64,000 bases of DNA from the human T2T-CHM13v2.0 reference genome, Homo sapiens. A model generated the notes under the pieces. The model made no database searches. It was not told the DNA's origin and saw nothing but the letters and a program-made list of their open reading frames with translations. Numbering within the stretch: position 1 is the first letter of the stretch; each line of letters opens with the position of its first letter. Location: the NCBI RefSeq assembly GCF_009914755.1, contig NC_060928.1. One strand, given 5' to 3'. The position numbers and the translations under genes are program-made. Below, piece after piece: positions 43,151 to 57,619 of the stretch.

Positions 43151-45968
43151 CACTCCACCATCCTTAGCACATGGGACTGAAATAATTTCTTTAGATACCT
43201 GGGTTTTCCACTACACTGTGAGTTCCTTGAAGTTAGGGTTGGACCTCATCCATCTTGATATCCCTATCCCTGGCATATAACAGGTTCTCAGTAGGTGGCA
43301 GTTGAATTGAAATGGGTCAAGGAGAGAGAAAGGAAAGGTAAGAAGGAAAAAAAAAAAGGAGAATGAGAAAATTCCCTTATCTTAAGCTATTTTGAAACTT
43401 CCTGAATGATACTCTGCCAGCTAAAATATAAGTGGAATGAAAAGTTTGATGATTATCTAAGTCACGTCTAGCACTGAGCTCTCCTTATATTATGCTGTCA
43501 AATTATTCTAGCCATAGAAATTAATTCCTTGTCTCCAGGAAAGAAAAGGGTATAATGTGGTTGGTGACATAGCAATGACAAGTGAGGAAAATGTGCATAT
43601 GTGAGCAGTGACCAGTGTGGACAGTTTTTACCAGTCAATGCAGTAATAGCTGATTTTTATTTACTTTTCTAGACAGTACCATCCAAGATGCTGGTGGCAT
43701 ATAAATCTGATAACTTGAGGAATTTCACAGCTTTCCATTAAAATTTTATCTGAAAGCCCTTGTTTTACCACATTACATAAAAGCCTCTGATAACAAGTAT
43801 CATATTTATTTGCCCATGAATGTAGGTGAAGGGTAGAAGTTTTAGGCTGTGACATGCCCAAGTTACAGTCAACGTAGTTTTGCTGAATAGTTTTTTTTTC
43901 ATAATCATCTATTATGTGTTTTATTTTTTAAAAAAATTTTATTTGATGTTGTAACAGATAACTAGAACACAACATAAATGAAACCATAAAGTTAATCATT
44001 TCTCTGCCCCACCTTTCCCAGGTAACTTATATTAACAGCCTGGGGTGTGTTCTTCCTTGGTCATGTAATGTTTGTGTTCTCGCACAAATTCTCATTCATA
44101 GAAGTTTGCTTTTTCTCCTTATAGTGTTTCTCCTGACCTCCTTCCTTGCCTTTACCCTCCAGCGAATTTCCCTCATTCTTTCCCCCTTTCTCTTCCCCAT
44201 TCCTCCTCCATCTCTTTTCTCTCTCTCTTTCTTCCCCTTCTCTATTTTTCATTTTCTACCTTTTTTTCTTTCTTTCTCCGTTAGCCTTGGAGGACCCAGG
44301 CTCTTGGAAAATTGCATTTATCTTCAAGGTGTGACAGTTCAGTTGAGTTTTGACTCTGAACATTTTTCTTGGGTTGTCTTATGCCTCAGCATAAGAAAGG
44401 AATAGAAAAGGGTAGGCAGAAAGTCAAATATTCAGTTAATCAAGATTAACTTATTTGATGGAACTACTTTAGAACCCAGGATGCTTTTTAAAGTTATTAA
44501 AATGTTTATTATACAAATGTAATTCAAAGAGTAAATCATGGTTCTTGTTTTTAAAAAATCCTCAAAGTCTATAGAAGTGTTTAAAACAAATGATAAATTT
44601 TTATTTATCTGCCAGAATTCTTCTTCCTGCAATGCCACTCTCCAAGAAGAGTTTAGCTTTCCTTCATGAAGTTTTTCTGGATATTTATAAAACATGTAAC
44701 AAATATTGTATGTACTGGTGGATGTAGACAGCAAATGGGAAGCTTTTTCACTAGATAATGTGGACATCTCTCCATGTCAGCACATATAGGACCCCCTTCT
44801 TTCACTTTAAATGCTGCATAATATCCTTTGCAATTAATTTAACTATTTTCTACATGAACATTTAGGTTGCTTCCAATTTACAGGATGCATTTCTAATCTT
44901 TCAACCAAGACTTCCCAAAAAGAATGCTGTCAATTCTTGTCTCCTTAATGACTTGGAGCTGCTGACCTGAGTGACTGTTATTTAACCAGTGACCCCCATA
45001 GCCTTGACAGGGTCCTTTGTGTTCCGTGTCTCCATAAGGACAAGAACTTGCTGGCTACCTTCACCCTCTGAGGCTATCCCTGTAGGTCTCATTCTGCTAA
45101 TATTGTTGCTCTGTTCTTTCCTAACCTTTTTGCCTCTGTTTAAACCTATACAGGTTTGATACAGGCTCCATGCGCATTGTAGTTGACTGCTGTGCTAACA
45201 TACTTTGGTAGCATAGATAGTGAATAACTCTCATCTACCTAGTCCTCCTCTCTCTTTTCTTTGGGTTCTCACCTGTGCAAGATAGCTTTCGGGATAATAG
45301 CCAGGATGCATTAATGCCTTTACTTGGGACCCTGGGGCTATAAAGAACAACAGAAAACCTGGAGGTGCTTTGGTCACTGTGAAACAGCTGCCACACAAAG
45401 AGACCTTATCCAGAGAAAGGGTGAGGCCAGTATCAACTCAGAGGATCTGGGGGCTCACTGGCCTATTTACGGGAAAAGACTGTGATAGAGATGTTAAAAG
45501 GTATTTGAAAAGACAAAGTAACTCTGAGACGCTGAAAGAAATTATAGAGTTTTCCTCCTTCATGTTCACTACATAAAATAGATCATTTCTAAGGGGTTGG
45601 CATGGCCTTAAATGCATTTCCCTAAAGTTTCCATTTTAACATCTTCTTCTAGGACACCTAGGATGGTTGTTCACTTGTTTTTCATTTTGTTGTGAGTGGT
45701 TCCAAAAAATCAAAATATTTATTAAAGTGAATATTATGCTAGAAGCTATATATTGTTCACAGTAAACCCCAACACCCATTTGAGAAAGCAGCACATCATT
45801 CGTTCCTCCTAATATTTTCTCTCCTAAGCAAACAATCTATGTTTCAAGTGTGTTCTTTCTTTGTAGTGTGTTGTTTATATTGGTCATTAAACAGTTCCTA
45901 AAACTGACTTTCAACTTATATATAAGTTGTTTCTCTAAGGTGTCAACATTGAAAAGAACAGTATAGAG

Positions 45969-46201
45969 CAGGGGTGTCCAATCTTTTGGCTTCCCTGGGA
46001 CACACTGGAAGAAGAAGAATTGTCTTGGGCCACACATAAAATACACTAACACTAACGATAGCTGATGAGCTAAAAAACAAAAAAAAATCACAAAAAAAAA
46101 ATCCCATAATGTTTTAAGAAAGTTCATGAATTTGTGCTGGACCACATTCAAAGCTATCCTGGGCCACATGCGGCCTGTAAGCTGAGGGTTGGACAAGCTT
46201 G
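45969..46201. mobile_element. MER30 (hAT-Charlie)
   Basis: CAGGGGTGTCCAATCTTTTGGCTTCCCTGGG...GGGTTGGACAAGCTTG; 8-bp TSD GTATAGAG / GTATAGAT. Confidence 0.92.
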
Positions 46202-46393
46202 GTATAGATGAACCAGGGAATTTATTGTATGACTGTGACAAGAAAGAGTTAATAATTATTTAGCAAAGATTCCTACATTTCAAATAATTGTTTTTCACAT
46301 CAAAGCTTTAGTTGTAATAATAGAAGGAATGTCAAACTGAATTGGTAAGAAATAATGGTAGACTATTTCTAAGTAAAATTTAGTAATATTTTA

Positions 46394-47000
<607 letters not shown>

Positions 47001-49859
47001 CGTAGACTATTTCTAAGTGAAATTTAGATGAATATTTTAAAGTATAACATATGTTACAAAACCAAATTGCCATAATATATATAAAAAAAGCTAAACTTGT
47101 GAATAAATTGAGAACCCAAATAATGTATGATTTCTAGATATAGTCTTTTTAAATATACAATTAATTAAATGTATTAGACTTACATTGAAAATGTATTAGA
47201 CTTTAAATTAAGATGAAATAATTCAAAGAATAAGTGCTGAATCTAGAATTTTGAGATGTATGACAATAATCTGAAATTTCTAGAGCTTTTTGTCTGAAAA
47301 AAGATACTCATTCTCACAGGTCCCTCCCAACTAATCAACTGTAGTAAAAAAACAAACTTCTCAATATCTATATGAATCAGACCCTCTGAATATACTAGAT
47401 CCTCAATAAGCATACTCTAATTTGATGTGATTTTAAATATTTCTTACAGGTTATTATATTTATCTTTCACTGACAGTTGGATTTGTAGGTTGAAATGTTT
47501 AAGAGAGAAGGGAGGAAACTGACTTGGCATAAATGCACACAGTGCTGTTCTGGCTGCCAGTGTTGTGGGTTCTGTCACTGACTCCCTGGTTTTGACTCAG
47601 GACCACCTGCGGGACCTTGCACACCTCAGTCTGGTGTACCTCTGTGCAGGTGGGTGCTGTGCTGCTCTAGGACCATGTTGGGGACTTATTCCAGTCTCTC
47701 TGGTCTTTCCTTCCCACAACACACTCCAGCACCAGAGGTGGCTTTGGCGAAGGAAAGGGAGCAAAAAATGATAACCTATTTAAAAACGTCTTTTGAAAAG
47801 TGTAAATTTTAATGGCATGTGAATCATCTGTCCATTAAAATATTTAAAATAAAAACTTTTAAACAAAAGAAAAAATGTACAAATTACAAGTTCCAGACTG
47901 GCCATGCACACCCTTTCTAAGACAGGCTGTGCACCTTTTTCCTATGTGTAACTTTCTCACAAAATATTTTCGCATTTTTAAAGCTTTATTTCTTCATTAA
48001 TATATTTGATTTTAATAAAAAGTAAAATGCTTTCGATTCTAATGTGATGCATTATTTCTGAAAGCAGTCTTAAGACAGGAACTAAAGGGCAGTGTGATTT
48101 TACAGAGAACATCTTTAATAGTGGCTGGGAGTTTACACATACACACACTTGATATGTGTAACTATTTCAGGTCATTCTTTCGTCTTGTGGAGGAAGGGAC
48201 AGACAAGGAGAACTGAGGTACCAGTTGAGGAAACTAACCCCCAGCTCATGCAGAGAGACATTAGCATAATTTTGTATTGTTGCTGAAATTTCTTCATGTC
48301 TTACTTTTGATCCCATGAGACAAGTTGTTTGCTTCCATCTAAAAATATCGGATGATGCCTCTACATTGCAGATACAAGTTAAAAGTGTTTTTCCAGAATC
48401 TATGTTACAAAGGAAGCCCAGGGACCTCTGGTCATAGTGATGAATTTCACTGGTGTAACATCCATGCTGTGTGGGAGGTGAGATTTGGACCCAAACTGTG
48501 TTTTTAATCACCAATTTACAGTGATGTTTCACACAGAAGTAGAGGGATCTGTTCCACCCTTATGAGATTTCACCTGACCCAGAGCACTTAGAAAACAAGA
48601 TAAAGCAGCAGCAGGAGAGGAGGCCTTATCTGTTCTGCCCACAGAGCTCCTGGCTGTGTTCTCCAGCTAATACTTCTTACTCCCCCCCACGCGCAATGGC
48701 AGCGGCAATGTGCGTTATAAACTGCAAGGGCTGACCACTTCTTCAAAGCTTAAGTTCTGGACATCACCTCCCTCTCCCCCAAACAAGATTGCCACAGGAC
48801 ACGAGGACACAGAACAAACCATATTAACCTCTCTGCTTCCAATGCCTAGCAACAATGTTTGTGGTTACCCCATGACTGTGTGACAGCTGTGTATGTGTTG
48901 ATACCTGCTTGTGATACCATAGGTAAAACAAAATACAATTTTAAGGAGGATAATACTTTATGGCAGGGAGGAGCCTGTCCATGAAGGTTTCAGTAAAGAG
49001 GTTTATTCAGTGGTTGCCATGGCTGCTAATGCTCCTGCATTCTGTCAGGATATAAGAGCACAGACAAGTAAAGGTAAATGTGGTATCAGCTGTTTGGTAA
49101 GGGAGGTTTCTATTTCCTACCTAGTGAGGTCTTCTCTGTGTCTATATGCATATTTATTACCTTAAATATAGAACCTGGACATTTAACAACAGGGATTCTG
49201 CTTGAATGAGAATAAAGCCAATTTCAAACCTTACTGTTACTTTCATCTCTGGAGGTGACACGTGAGAGCAATTAAGAGAGGACTCTGAGGGGAAAAAATT
49301 CCTACCTCCGTTGAAAGAGGCTGGAAGAACCTTTGAAGAAAGATGAAACTTAAACTAGCACCATCCCTTCCTTTAGAATATTAACTGGACGCCTATATCA
49401 TAAATGCAAAACAAATGCAAATGGATATATTTTCTAAAATTCCAAAGTTTGCAAAGCTGAATCCAAAATCTCTCGAAATTACAGTCATGACGACCGAAAG
49501 AATCACGTCTCTTGTCTAATCAGAGACGATGCTTATGGAAACAAAAACAGGCCCGGAAGGAAGGCTTCAGCGGCATTCACCACCACCTGCATCTCTGCTG
49601 TGACTTACACTGAGAAGAGGGCATGCTGAGAAAAAGGATGGTTATTTTCCTTGTAATGCGAGCTTTTTTTTTTTTTTTTTAGCTGTGAACTTTTTACCTT
49701 GCTTCATTCATGCTTCATTTGATCAATTACTAACTGTATAGCCTCTGAAAAGCGAGCGCGGGCTTCTTAAAGTTGATATTTTGCTTTTGGATTCCTCTGC
49801 ATTTTACAACGGGGGGAGGTTAATTAAGGCACCTTTCTGATTGAATGGGCAGAGGGACT

Positions 49860-50600
49860 GAGGGTGTGTGCTTCGGTCCGGTCCCCTTAATACCGGAAGG
49901 ACCCAAGGACCGCGGAGGGGCGAGTGGAGCGCGACGCTTCCACCCCAGAATCCGTTTTCAAACCTTAGGGAGCCTTCTTTGCCATTGAAATGCAAATCCG
50001 GTCCTGAGCTCCCGGGCCAATCCGGGAGGCTTCCTGTGGGATTACCTGGTGGCGAGCGAGCGCCGAGCCAGCGCCGAGCCAGCGCGGCCCCTCGGGTGCG
50101 GCGGGCGCGGGGTGGACTGAGCGGGCCCGGGCGGGACGAGAGGTGGGCGAGCGCCCCGCACCCTCGGCGCGCCGCGCGGGATCAGCGTCCTCCAGCCGCG
50201 CTGCCCCGGCCCACCGTGCAGCTGTAGCCGCGGCGCGGTGGCGCGGTGGCGCAGGGCGCTGCTGGGCCGCCCATTGTTGAGCGCGTTGGGCCCCGCCGGC
50301 GATGCCGCGCGCCGCCTCCTCGGAGCGGCGGCGAAGTTTGAACTTGGCGTCGGCCTGGAGCCCCGAGCAGCCCGGGGGCGGCGGCCGCGAGGCGAGCGGC
50401 GATGGTGAGTGAGGAGGGCGGCTGGGCACGGAGAGGGAGGCGGGGGCCGGCCGGCTGCTTTCTGGAGCGCGTCTATTTCGGGCTCTGCGGCGACTCTGGA
50501 AAGCCCTGTCTCGAGGATGGCTCCCAGGGGCTTTCACGGCCAGCACCCCGGCTGATGGGGGCAGGTGGCGTGCTCCGAGGGTCTCCTGACACTCCTAGGC
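49860..50600 (+). promoter_or_regulatory. CpG island / promoter of a + strand gene
   Basis: Very GC- and CpG-dense compared with the CpG-depleted flanks; octamer ATGCAAAT 49990-49997; CCAAT 50017-50021; GC boxes; ends in a strong donor site. Confidence 0.92.
50402..50404 (+). CDS. Probable start codon at the 3' end of the CpG-island first exon (ATG-only coding exon)
   Basis: GGCG-ATG|GTGAGT: purine at -3 and a consensus 5' splice site at 50405-50410. The exon could instead be non-coding or use the ATG at 50302. Confidence 0.55.
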
Positions 50601-52037
50601 CTTGGCTTTTTATCAGAGAGGCAGTAGCTGCCACTCCAAGAGGAAAATAATTGTTGATTATTGACAGCATGAAAACTTTTCGGAAGAAATGATCTGTGAA
50701 ATATTTTAATTTTGATAAATTGCTTCCCACCAGGGCCCCTGCTGAGTTGAGAACTCCTTGCCTTTCTTAATTTTACTGGATTTGTTTCTGTAGGAAAGGC
50801 TCCTGAAGTGCGTTGAGGGGCACGCCTACCCCCAACCCCCACTTGCTCCAGATCTTAAGACAGTTACTTAAATAGTGTGTTCCTTGTGCTGCAGCAACAC
50901 TTAAATCATGAAAATGAAATTCTACCTGACGCTCGCTTTACTCCGAATTGCCAGAGGAATAAAACTTTTGCTGGTGGGGGAGGGGAGTGGTTACAAAATT
51001 TCAACACCTGGAGCACTCTCTGGGGGTGGGATGTATTTCTCTTCCTCTAGGATGTATTTTGGCATTACCTTTTTCCCCTCTCCCTTTAAATAGTAGTGTT
51101 GTTGTGGCGCACTGTGTGCACGGGAGCTTCTGCACTGGGAGCAAATGGGTGCCCTGCATGCGGGTCATCTCCATGGAGAGATTGCTGTGATATCGGGGGG
51201 TGCAACAGGAAGTCCTAGCACAGAGGCTGCCAGAGAGAGTTCTGTGCATTTTCTGTTTTTAATTAGTTGTTTTAAAGCCTAGTTAAATGTCCGTTTCCAG
51301 TTAAAAGCACCCTGGTCGGATATATGGCTAGATCTTTCCCCCAAATAATTTCACCAGAAGTTGGTTTACATTTTAAATTTATTTTGATGGTTACCTTTTT
51401 TTTTCTGATTATAAAAATATTACACAATCGTTGCAGAAAAGGTGTAATATACAGAGAAAGAAATAAACTCTTATAACAACATCTATGTTTTGTTTGCTAA
51501 GACCTAGTTTTTCACAGAATCCTAGTCATTTGAAAACTTTTCAGCTATGGACTTTTTTTTTTCTCCATTGCTAACAATCCTGGTTTAGGAACTAAAGCTA
51601 GGAATTGACAAGGAAATAAACTTACTTAAAAAAATGTTATAACCAACAATAACTTATTCACATTGCCCATGAGTTGGAACAGAATTTATTGTGGCAATTT
51701 CTCTTGAATCAACTTCCCACATCTGCTCCCAGCAAATGGTTTCTGTTTGTACAGCCTATTTTGTAAATACATCTCTCTACCATTAAGGCGAGGTGCCCAA
51801 ACACATACCCCTTTCCAGTGCTTGTGGCTTGGCTCATATGGTTAATATGTTTATTGGCTTCTGCATCAGAACTTCCTCACCATACATTTGATAAAACCCT
51901 GGAGAAGGTTACCAAGGGATGTTGTAGAGAATTCACTTCCCTGGAGATTTTAAGAATAGGATAAACATCCATCTGCCTAGGATGGCTTCAGTGCAGTACT
52001 GTCTGGATAAAGGAAGACTAGGTCACTACTCTGAACC

Positions 52038-52084
52038 TCAAAATTGAGGAATTCTAAAATTTGTTTAGAATTCCTCAATTTTGA
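52038..52084. repeat. Perfect 21-bp inverted repeat with a 5-nt spacer
   Basis: TCAAAATTGAGGAATTCTAAA-ATTTG-TTTAGAATTCCTCAATTTTGA. Confidence 0.95.
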
Positions 52085-53159
52085 CCTGGGACCAGGTCCT
52101 CTGTGACCTGGGACCAAAGCAAATTAAGGTTGCCAAAAGTACCTGAGCCCAGTAGGAGGTGGAGCCCTGTTTTGATTTATGTGAAACAAAGTTCTTCTTT
52201 TGGTAACAGATACGTTAAATTATTCTTAGGAGTTACCAATCCTTTTCTATTATGGATAGAAAATCAACAATGATTTAACTGCTTTCTGGGAAGGTATAGG
52301 TGAATTACAGTATAAATTCTGTGATTTTAAAGTAAATGAACTGATTCATGGGAATTAAAAGTTTTGCCTGAAAGGTGGGCAGGGTGTGTGTGAAGAGTGT
52401 GCCTGAGTTTTCTCCACTTTTAACCTAGTGTTATTTTTAGAATCCTGTCTTATGTGTTAAATCTGGTTACATTTTTAAAACATCAACATTCTACTGTCTC
52501 TTCAATGTTTATTCTTGCTTTCCCTTTTCATGCAGAACCCATACAGACCTTTGACCAAAATCAATTATTCTTGTAAGTTCTGTTCGAGGATGTTTCCCTG
52601 GAGTCCAGCAGTGCTGAGGTTTTGCTGGTGACTTCCAGAAGGTCAGGATTTCATGGGTTGCCGCTTCTTCTGACTTTCTGTTTGACAGAAGTATCCTGTA
52701 ATTCTAACCACTGTGTGACCTCAATTGCCTTGACACCTTCCTCCCCTTCTGTAGTATCACTTGAACAGGAGCTGTTTCCTCCTGCAGGATCACTGAGAGG
52801 GGTTCACTTTCTAGGGAAGGTCATGTCAGAAAGAAGATTGGGAGGTAGAGCCTGGTGGCTGGGCAGTCTTCACCTTGCCTGAATGAGCAATGCCTCCATT
52901 TCACAGCCTTCAGCTTGTGGGATTTCTTCATGCATGTCAGAAACTAGTTTTCTTATGCTGTTGTAACACCCAAAGAAGGAATAGGGGCATGAACAATGGT
53001 CATTCATTTATTCAGCAATCATTTACTGTGTGGGAGGCATCCCAGGAACTGGCGATGGGTTCCCTGCCCTCAGGAACTCGTCTTATAAGAGGCAAAATAA
53101 AACATGTTAATAAGCTAGTGCCATTCTGAAGGTGTAGAGTACAGGGGTTAAGAAATTAA

Positions 53160-53712
53160 GTTTGTTGTAAAGTTAAACATACACCAACCTATGACCCAAC
53201 ATTTCCACGCCTAGGTATTTACCCAAGATAGGTGAAAACAAATGTCCACCAATGACTTGTACAGAATGTTCATAGCAACCTTATTTATAATGACCAATAC
53301 CTGGAAACAACCCTACATCCATCAACAGGAAAATGGGTAAAGAAACAGTGGCACATCCATACAATGAATACGACTCAGCGATCAATGGGAATGAACTCTT
53401 GATACAAAAACCTGGATGAGTCTCAAGAGCACGTTAACTGAAAGCAGCCAGATACAAAATAATAATAAGCAATTCTATTCATGAAGTGCTAGAATAGGCA
53501 AAACTAATCTATGACAGAAGTCAGTGGTTGCCAGTGGGTAGGGACTGACTAGAAAGAGATAAGAAGGGATTTTCTGGAATGATGAAAATGTTTTATGTTT
53601 TGTTTTTCGTGATGGTTTCATAGGTATACACAATTATCCACACCCATCGAACTGAACACCTAAGACCTGTGCATTTTATTGTATGCAAAGCATTACCTGA
53701 ATTAGAAGAAAA
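53160..53712 (+). mobile_element. L1M(C/E) 3' fragment, inserted in a MIR that resumes at about 53715-53915
   Basis: CCTAGGTATTTACCCAAG, GAATGTTCATAGCA, GGAATGATGAAAATGTT. Confidence 0.8.
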
Positions 53713-53999
53713 ACTTAGGTTCTAGAGTTACACAAGAGTATACATCCCACATCTGCCTCTAGGCATATATTACCCTGGACAAGATATTAAATAAATACCT
53801 CTGAGCTGCAAGACATTGGACAATAATAGAACATCTTCATAGGGTTGTTGCAAAGATTGAGTTAATGACTGAAGGTACTTAGCTTAGTAAGAACTCAATA
53901 AATGTCAACTACTATTTCCAGGCACTGTGATAAATATAATATGTGATTTTGGAGTTGATGAAAAAGTATTTACACTTTTGTGAAAGCCATATCATTTAA

Positions 54000-54395
<396 letters not shown>

Positions 54396-55244
54396 CTTGA
54401 TGAGTCATTTTTTAAGGTTGTGGGGATTTAAAATGTGAAGTTCTTGTGTACGTGATCAAAATACTACTGGGGTTTGGTTTTGCCAGCAGAAGTAAACTCC
54501 AAAGAGAGGAACTACGCACTAGGCAAACTCCTTTTTTTTTTTTTTCCTGAGGACTGATCTGAGGACTGATTTAATGATGATTGTCGAAGCTGAGCTCCCA
54601 GATGAGGCTCACAACATCTTCTGGGAATCCAAATGAAAGGTTAACATACTATATTCTCTTCCCAAAGATGTAGGTAGAAAAAAAAACAACAAAACTCGAT
54701 CTCTCTATCAAAATTAACGTCATGCTTTTCAGTAAAATGCTTTGGACAGAGTGGTAAATTTATAATAGTTTATTTAATCTATTAAGCTTCAGTGATTTAA
54801 TTTAAGTTCAACAAAGCATTTGGGAAAGATGTTATATATTTTGCCAACTCCAAGTGAGGCATTTTGTTGTTGGGTTGGTTTAATTCATTCAGTAAACATT
54901 TGTCAAACATTTACTGAGAACGCATTAGCCTCTGGGAATTCAATGATGAATAATAAGACATTGTACCCTCAAGGGTTCATAGACACTCCAGCCACAAGTG
55001 TGAATGTGTACACATTTCTTTTGGAATTTTTCTCAGAGCAGAGAGGTCTGTCTCAGGCTAGTCTTTTTGTTTGTTTTTTTGTGTTTTGTTGTTTGTTTTA
55101 AAAGCTCCTGCTTACAGTGGAGGTTTAAAATCCTAGTTCTTTTAATTGATGTTATTTTCTTAAACATTGGCATTTCTCATTAAGGCTTCACTTGTTATTC
55201 CTTACTAAAAATAGCAAAAACAAAATGGTCTTATATAAAGGCAA

Positions 55245-55660
55245 TTGAGTACAGTGGAAAGGTCAGAGACTGTGCAAGTAGAATGACCTACGTTTGAATC
55301 TGAGCTCTGCTACACTAGTAATTTGGAGAGTCCTTTAAGCAGCTGTTTCCTCATCTGCAAGATGGTGATAATGATACCTTAAGAGAGGTATTAATATTTA
55401 TTAGGTTAAGGCTGTTATAAGGATTAAGTGACAGAATACATGTAAATATAACTAGGCTGGCACCTGATAGGTGTTAATTCCTAACATTTATTGAGTACTT
55501 ACTAGGAGTCAAGCACTGTCTAATACGTTTTGTGCTGGCTGATTTTATCTTCCTCACACTCCTATGAGGCAGGCACTGTTACTATCCCCTTTTAAAGGTG
55601 AGGAAACCAAAATCATAGGTTAAATAACTTGCTGAGGGCATGGAGGTGCCAGGGTTAGTA
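55245..55660. mobile_element. Two MIRs tail-to-tail (+ at about 55245-55470, - at about 55480-55660)
   Basis: GTTTCCTCATCTGCAAGATGG on +, then TAAAGGTGAGGAAAC in reverse orientation. Confidence 0.7.
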
Positions 55661-56839
55661 CCCAATACCATCCTGTCAATTAATGGATGAGGTCTGTAAT
55701 AGATGTCAACTATCTTTCCCTTTTAGATATGATTGTTTTATACCAATAAGTGGAACTAACTAGTGCCCTGCTTATGGCTGCATGCAGATTAATACTGGTG
55801 GTGGGGGATGGTTGACTCCTTGAATATGTTCTTAAATGGTTAATGGGTCTACCACCTTTGGGGGTTTGTGGGATGCTTGTAGGAAAGGCTGTAATGAACA
55901 TGTCTTTTCTTTTCCCAGCCCCTCACAAGTCCACCTGTGAGGTGGTCCTCTCTGACATTGTCCGTTGCTCCTTACCCCCAATGACTCCAATTAGGAAGTC
56001 AGTCGATTTATTTGTGAACAAAAAATTGGAGAATCATGGCTGCCTATTAGAATTTGACCTATGCTTTGTGAGGTCTATGTAGGGATGGACATAGATGCAA
56101 TATTTTCTTGGTCTGCAAAAAAATAGCAAGGTAAGAAATGTGCCCCAGAGCACTGTTACAGTAAGAAGAAAAGTCTACCATTGATCCTGGATATTTCATA
56201 TTTCCTATTTCCATTGGCATTTTCTCAACTCCCAGATTCTGGAGAACCTTGAGCTAAAACTTAAATAAAAATAAGTTCCAAATGGTACGTTGAAAACGCT
56301 ACTGATTTAATGAAGACGAAGTCACCTTGACCAATTCATTAAAATAATGTATAGATGCCCAGGGGAAAATGTAATTAAATAAATATGGATCCTAGTATCT
56401 GTTCCTATATGAGCCTTTTCACTTAGTTTCTCCCCCAAAGTCCTGAGTGTCGTGGAAGATACTCTGGATTATTGGTCCTGACATCAAAGCCTCTCCATTG
56501 CAGTGTGGAGTTAACTAGGCAGCCAGAATCTCAGGACCATTTCCTCAGCCACTCAAGTGGTGCCACGTTGGTCTATTTCCAGACCCATCGAAGAAGCCCC
56601 TCAGCATGCAGAGACCTTTGGAGACACTGGACTGAAACCAGATGGTGCAGAAAGAAGCCCCTAAGCAAAGTGTTGCTTGCAGCCCTGTATTTGAAAGAGT
56701 GCCACTGTGTACCAATTATGTCCATCCAAATGAGCCGTATTATTTTGGGGCAAAATGACTGGGAAATGAAATTATTAGGACTCTGCTCTCTGATGGGGAA
56801 AAAATAAATCTGGAAGAAGAACCTACAAGGATCTTAGCT

Positions 56840-57420
56840 GTCTGCTTGTCTCTGACACTCTCGAGGCCTTGTGCCAGGCTGCTTTGCTGTGCAAAAGCTC
56901 CACTTCAGTCTTTTAGTCTGACTCACAATAGACGCACATGGTTGAAGTTAGGAGAATTGCAGGACTGTCACTTGAAGTCCCTCTCAGCCTCTTCACCATC
57001 GCCCCCAGCCTCTTTCCCTCTAACATTAAGCCCTTTGTGTCGGTTCCCATGGTTACCTCCTCACTACTGGCAGCTGGAATGTGATAGTGAGAGGAGGCTG
57101 CCTCCCCTACTGAGCCAGGTCTGGCTGGGGCGGAGGCCATTGATCCGCAGCTGGATTTGTGAAATGGGGTCACAGTCCAGTACCTTCTCTTTGTCGTGGG
57201 TTCTATACCTTTCCCAGGCTTGACATATCAGGGTTGCAGTGGGAGGGGACATGGTGGGTGATGGACTGCTCACAGGACATGTCCTGTCATAGGCTGGCCT
57301 GGCCTGGCGTCCCTGACCTGCCAAACTCCTCCCTGAGGTCACCCTTCCATGTGTGAATGCCCATTGAGGGGGAAGGGGCTGCTCTGCTTGGTCAAATAAA
57401 AATGATGACTCACTTCTCTA
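56840..57420. promoter_or_regulatory. Candidate intronic enhancer
   Basis: AP-1 TGACTCA at 56919-56925 and 57406-57412; RFX-like GTTCCCATGGTTAC 57043-57056; E-box CAGCTG overlapping TEAD-like TGGAATGT at 57071-57082. Confidence 0.4.
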
Positions 57421-57619
57421 CCTGCTTTCTGCTCAGATTCTGTTCCCAATACCATCTGTTCTTAAGTTAGTCAACATTAACAAGGGTGGGCTCCAGTCTG
57501 GAAAGAATTTGCATCAAAGGCATGTTTTCACATCCAGCTTGGAAGACCAGGCAGGCTCTGGGAACTGGGGGATAGCATAGGGATTCAAGGTTCAAGATGA
57601 AAACAAAACTAGCCGAGAG

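Noticed and set aside
49868-50546. Long GC-rich ORFs on both strands of the CpG island (119 aa and 193 aa)
   Set aside because: Expected from scarcity of stop codons in GC-rich DNA; non-ATG starts and Arg/Pro/Ala-biased composition.
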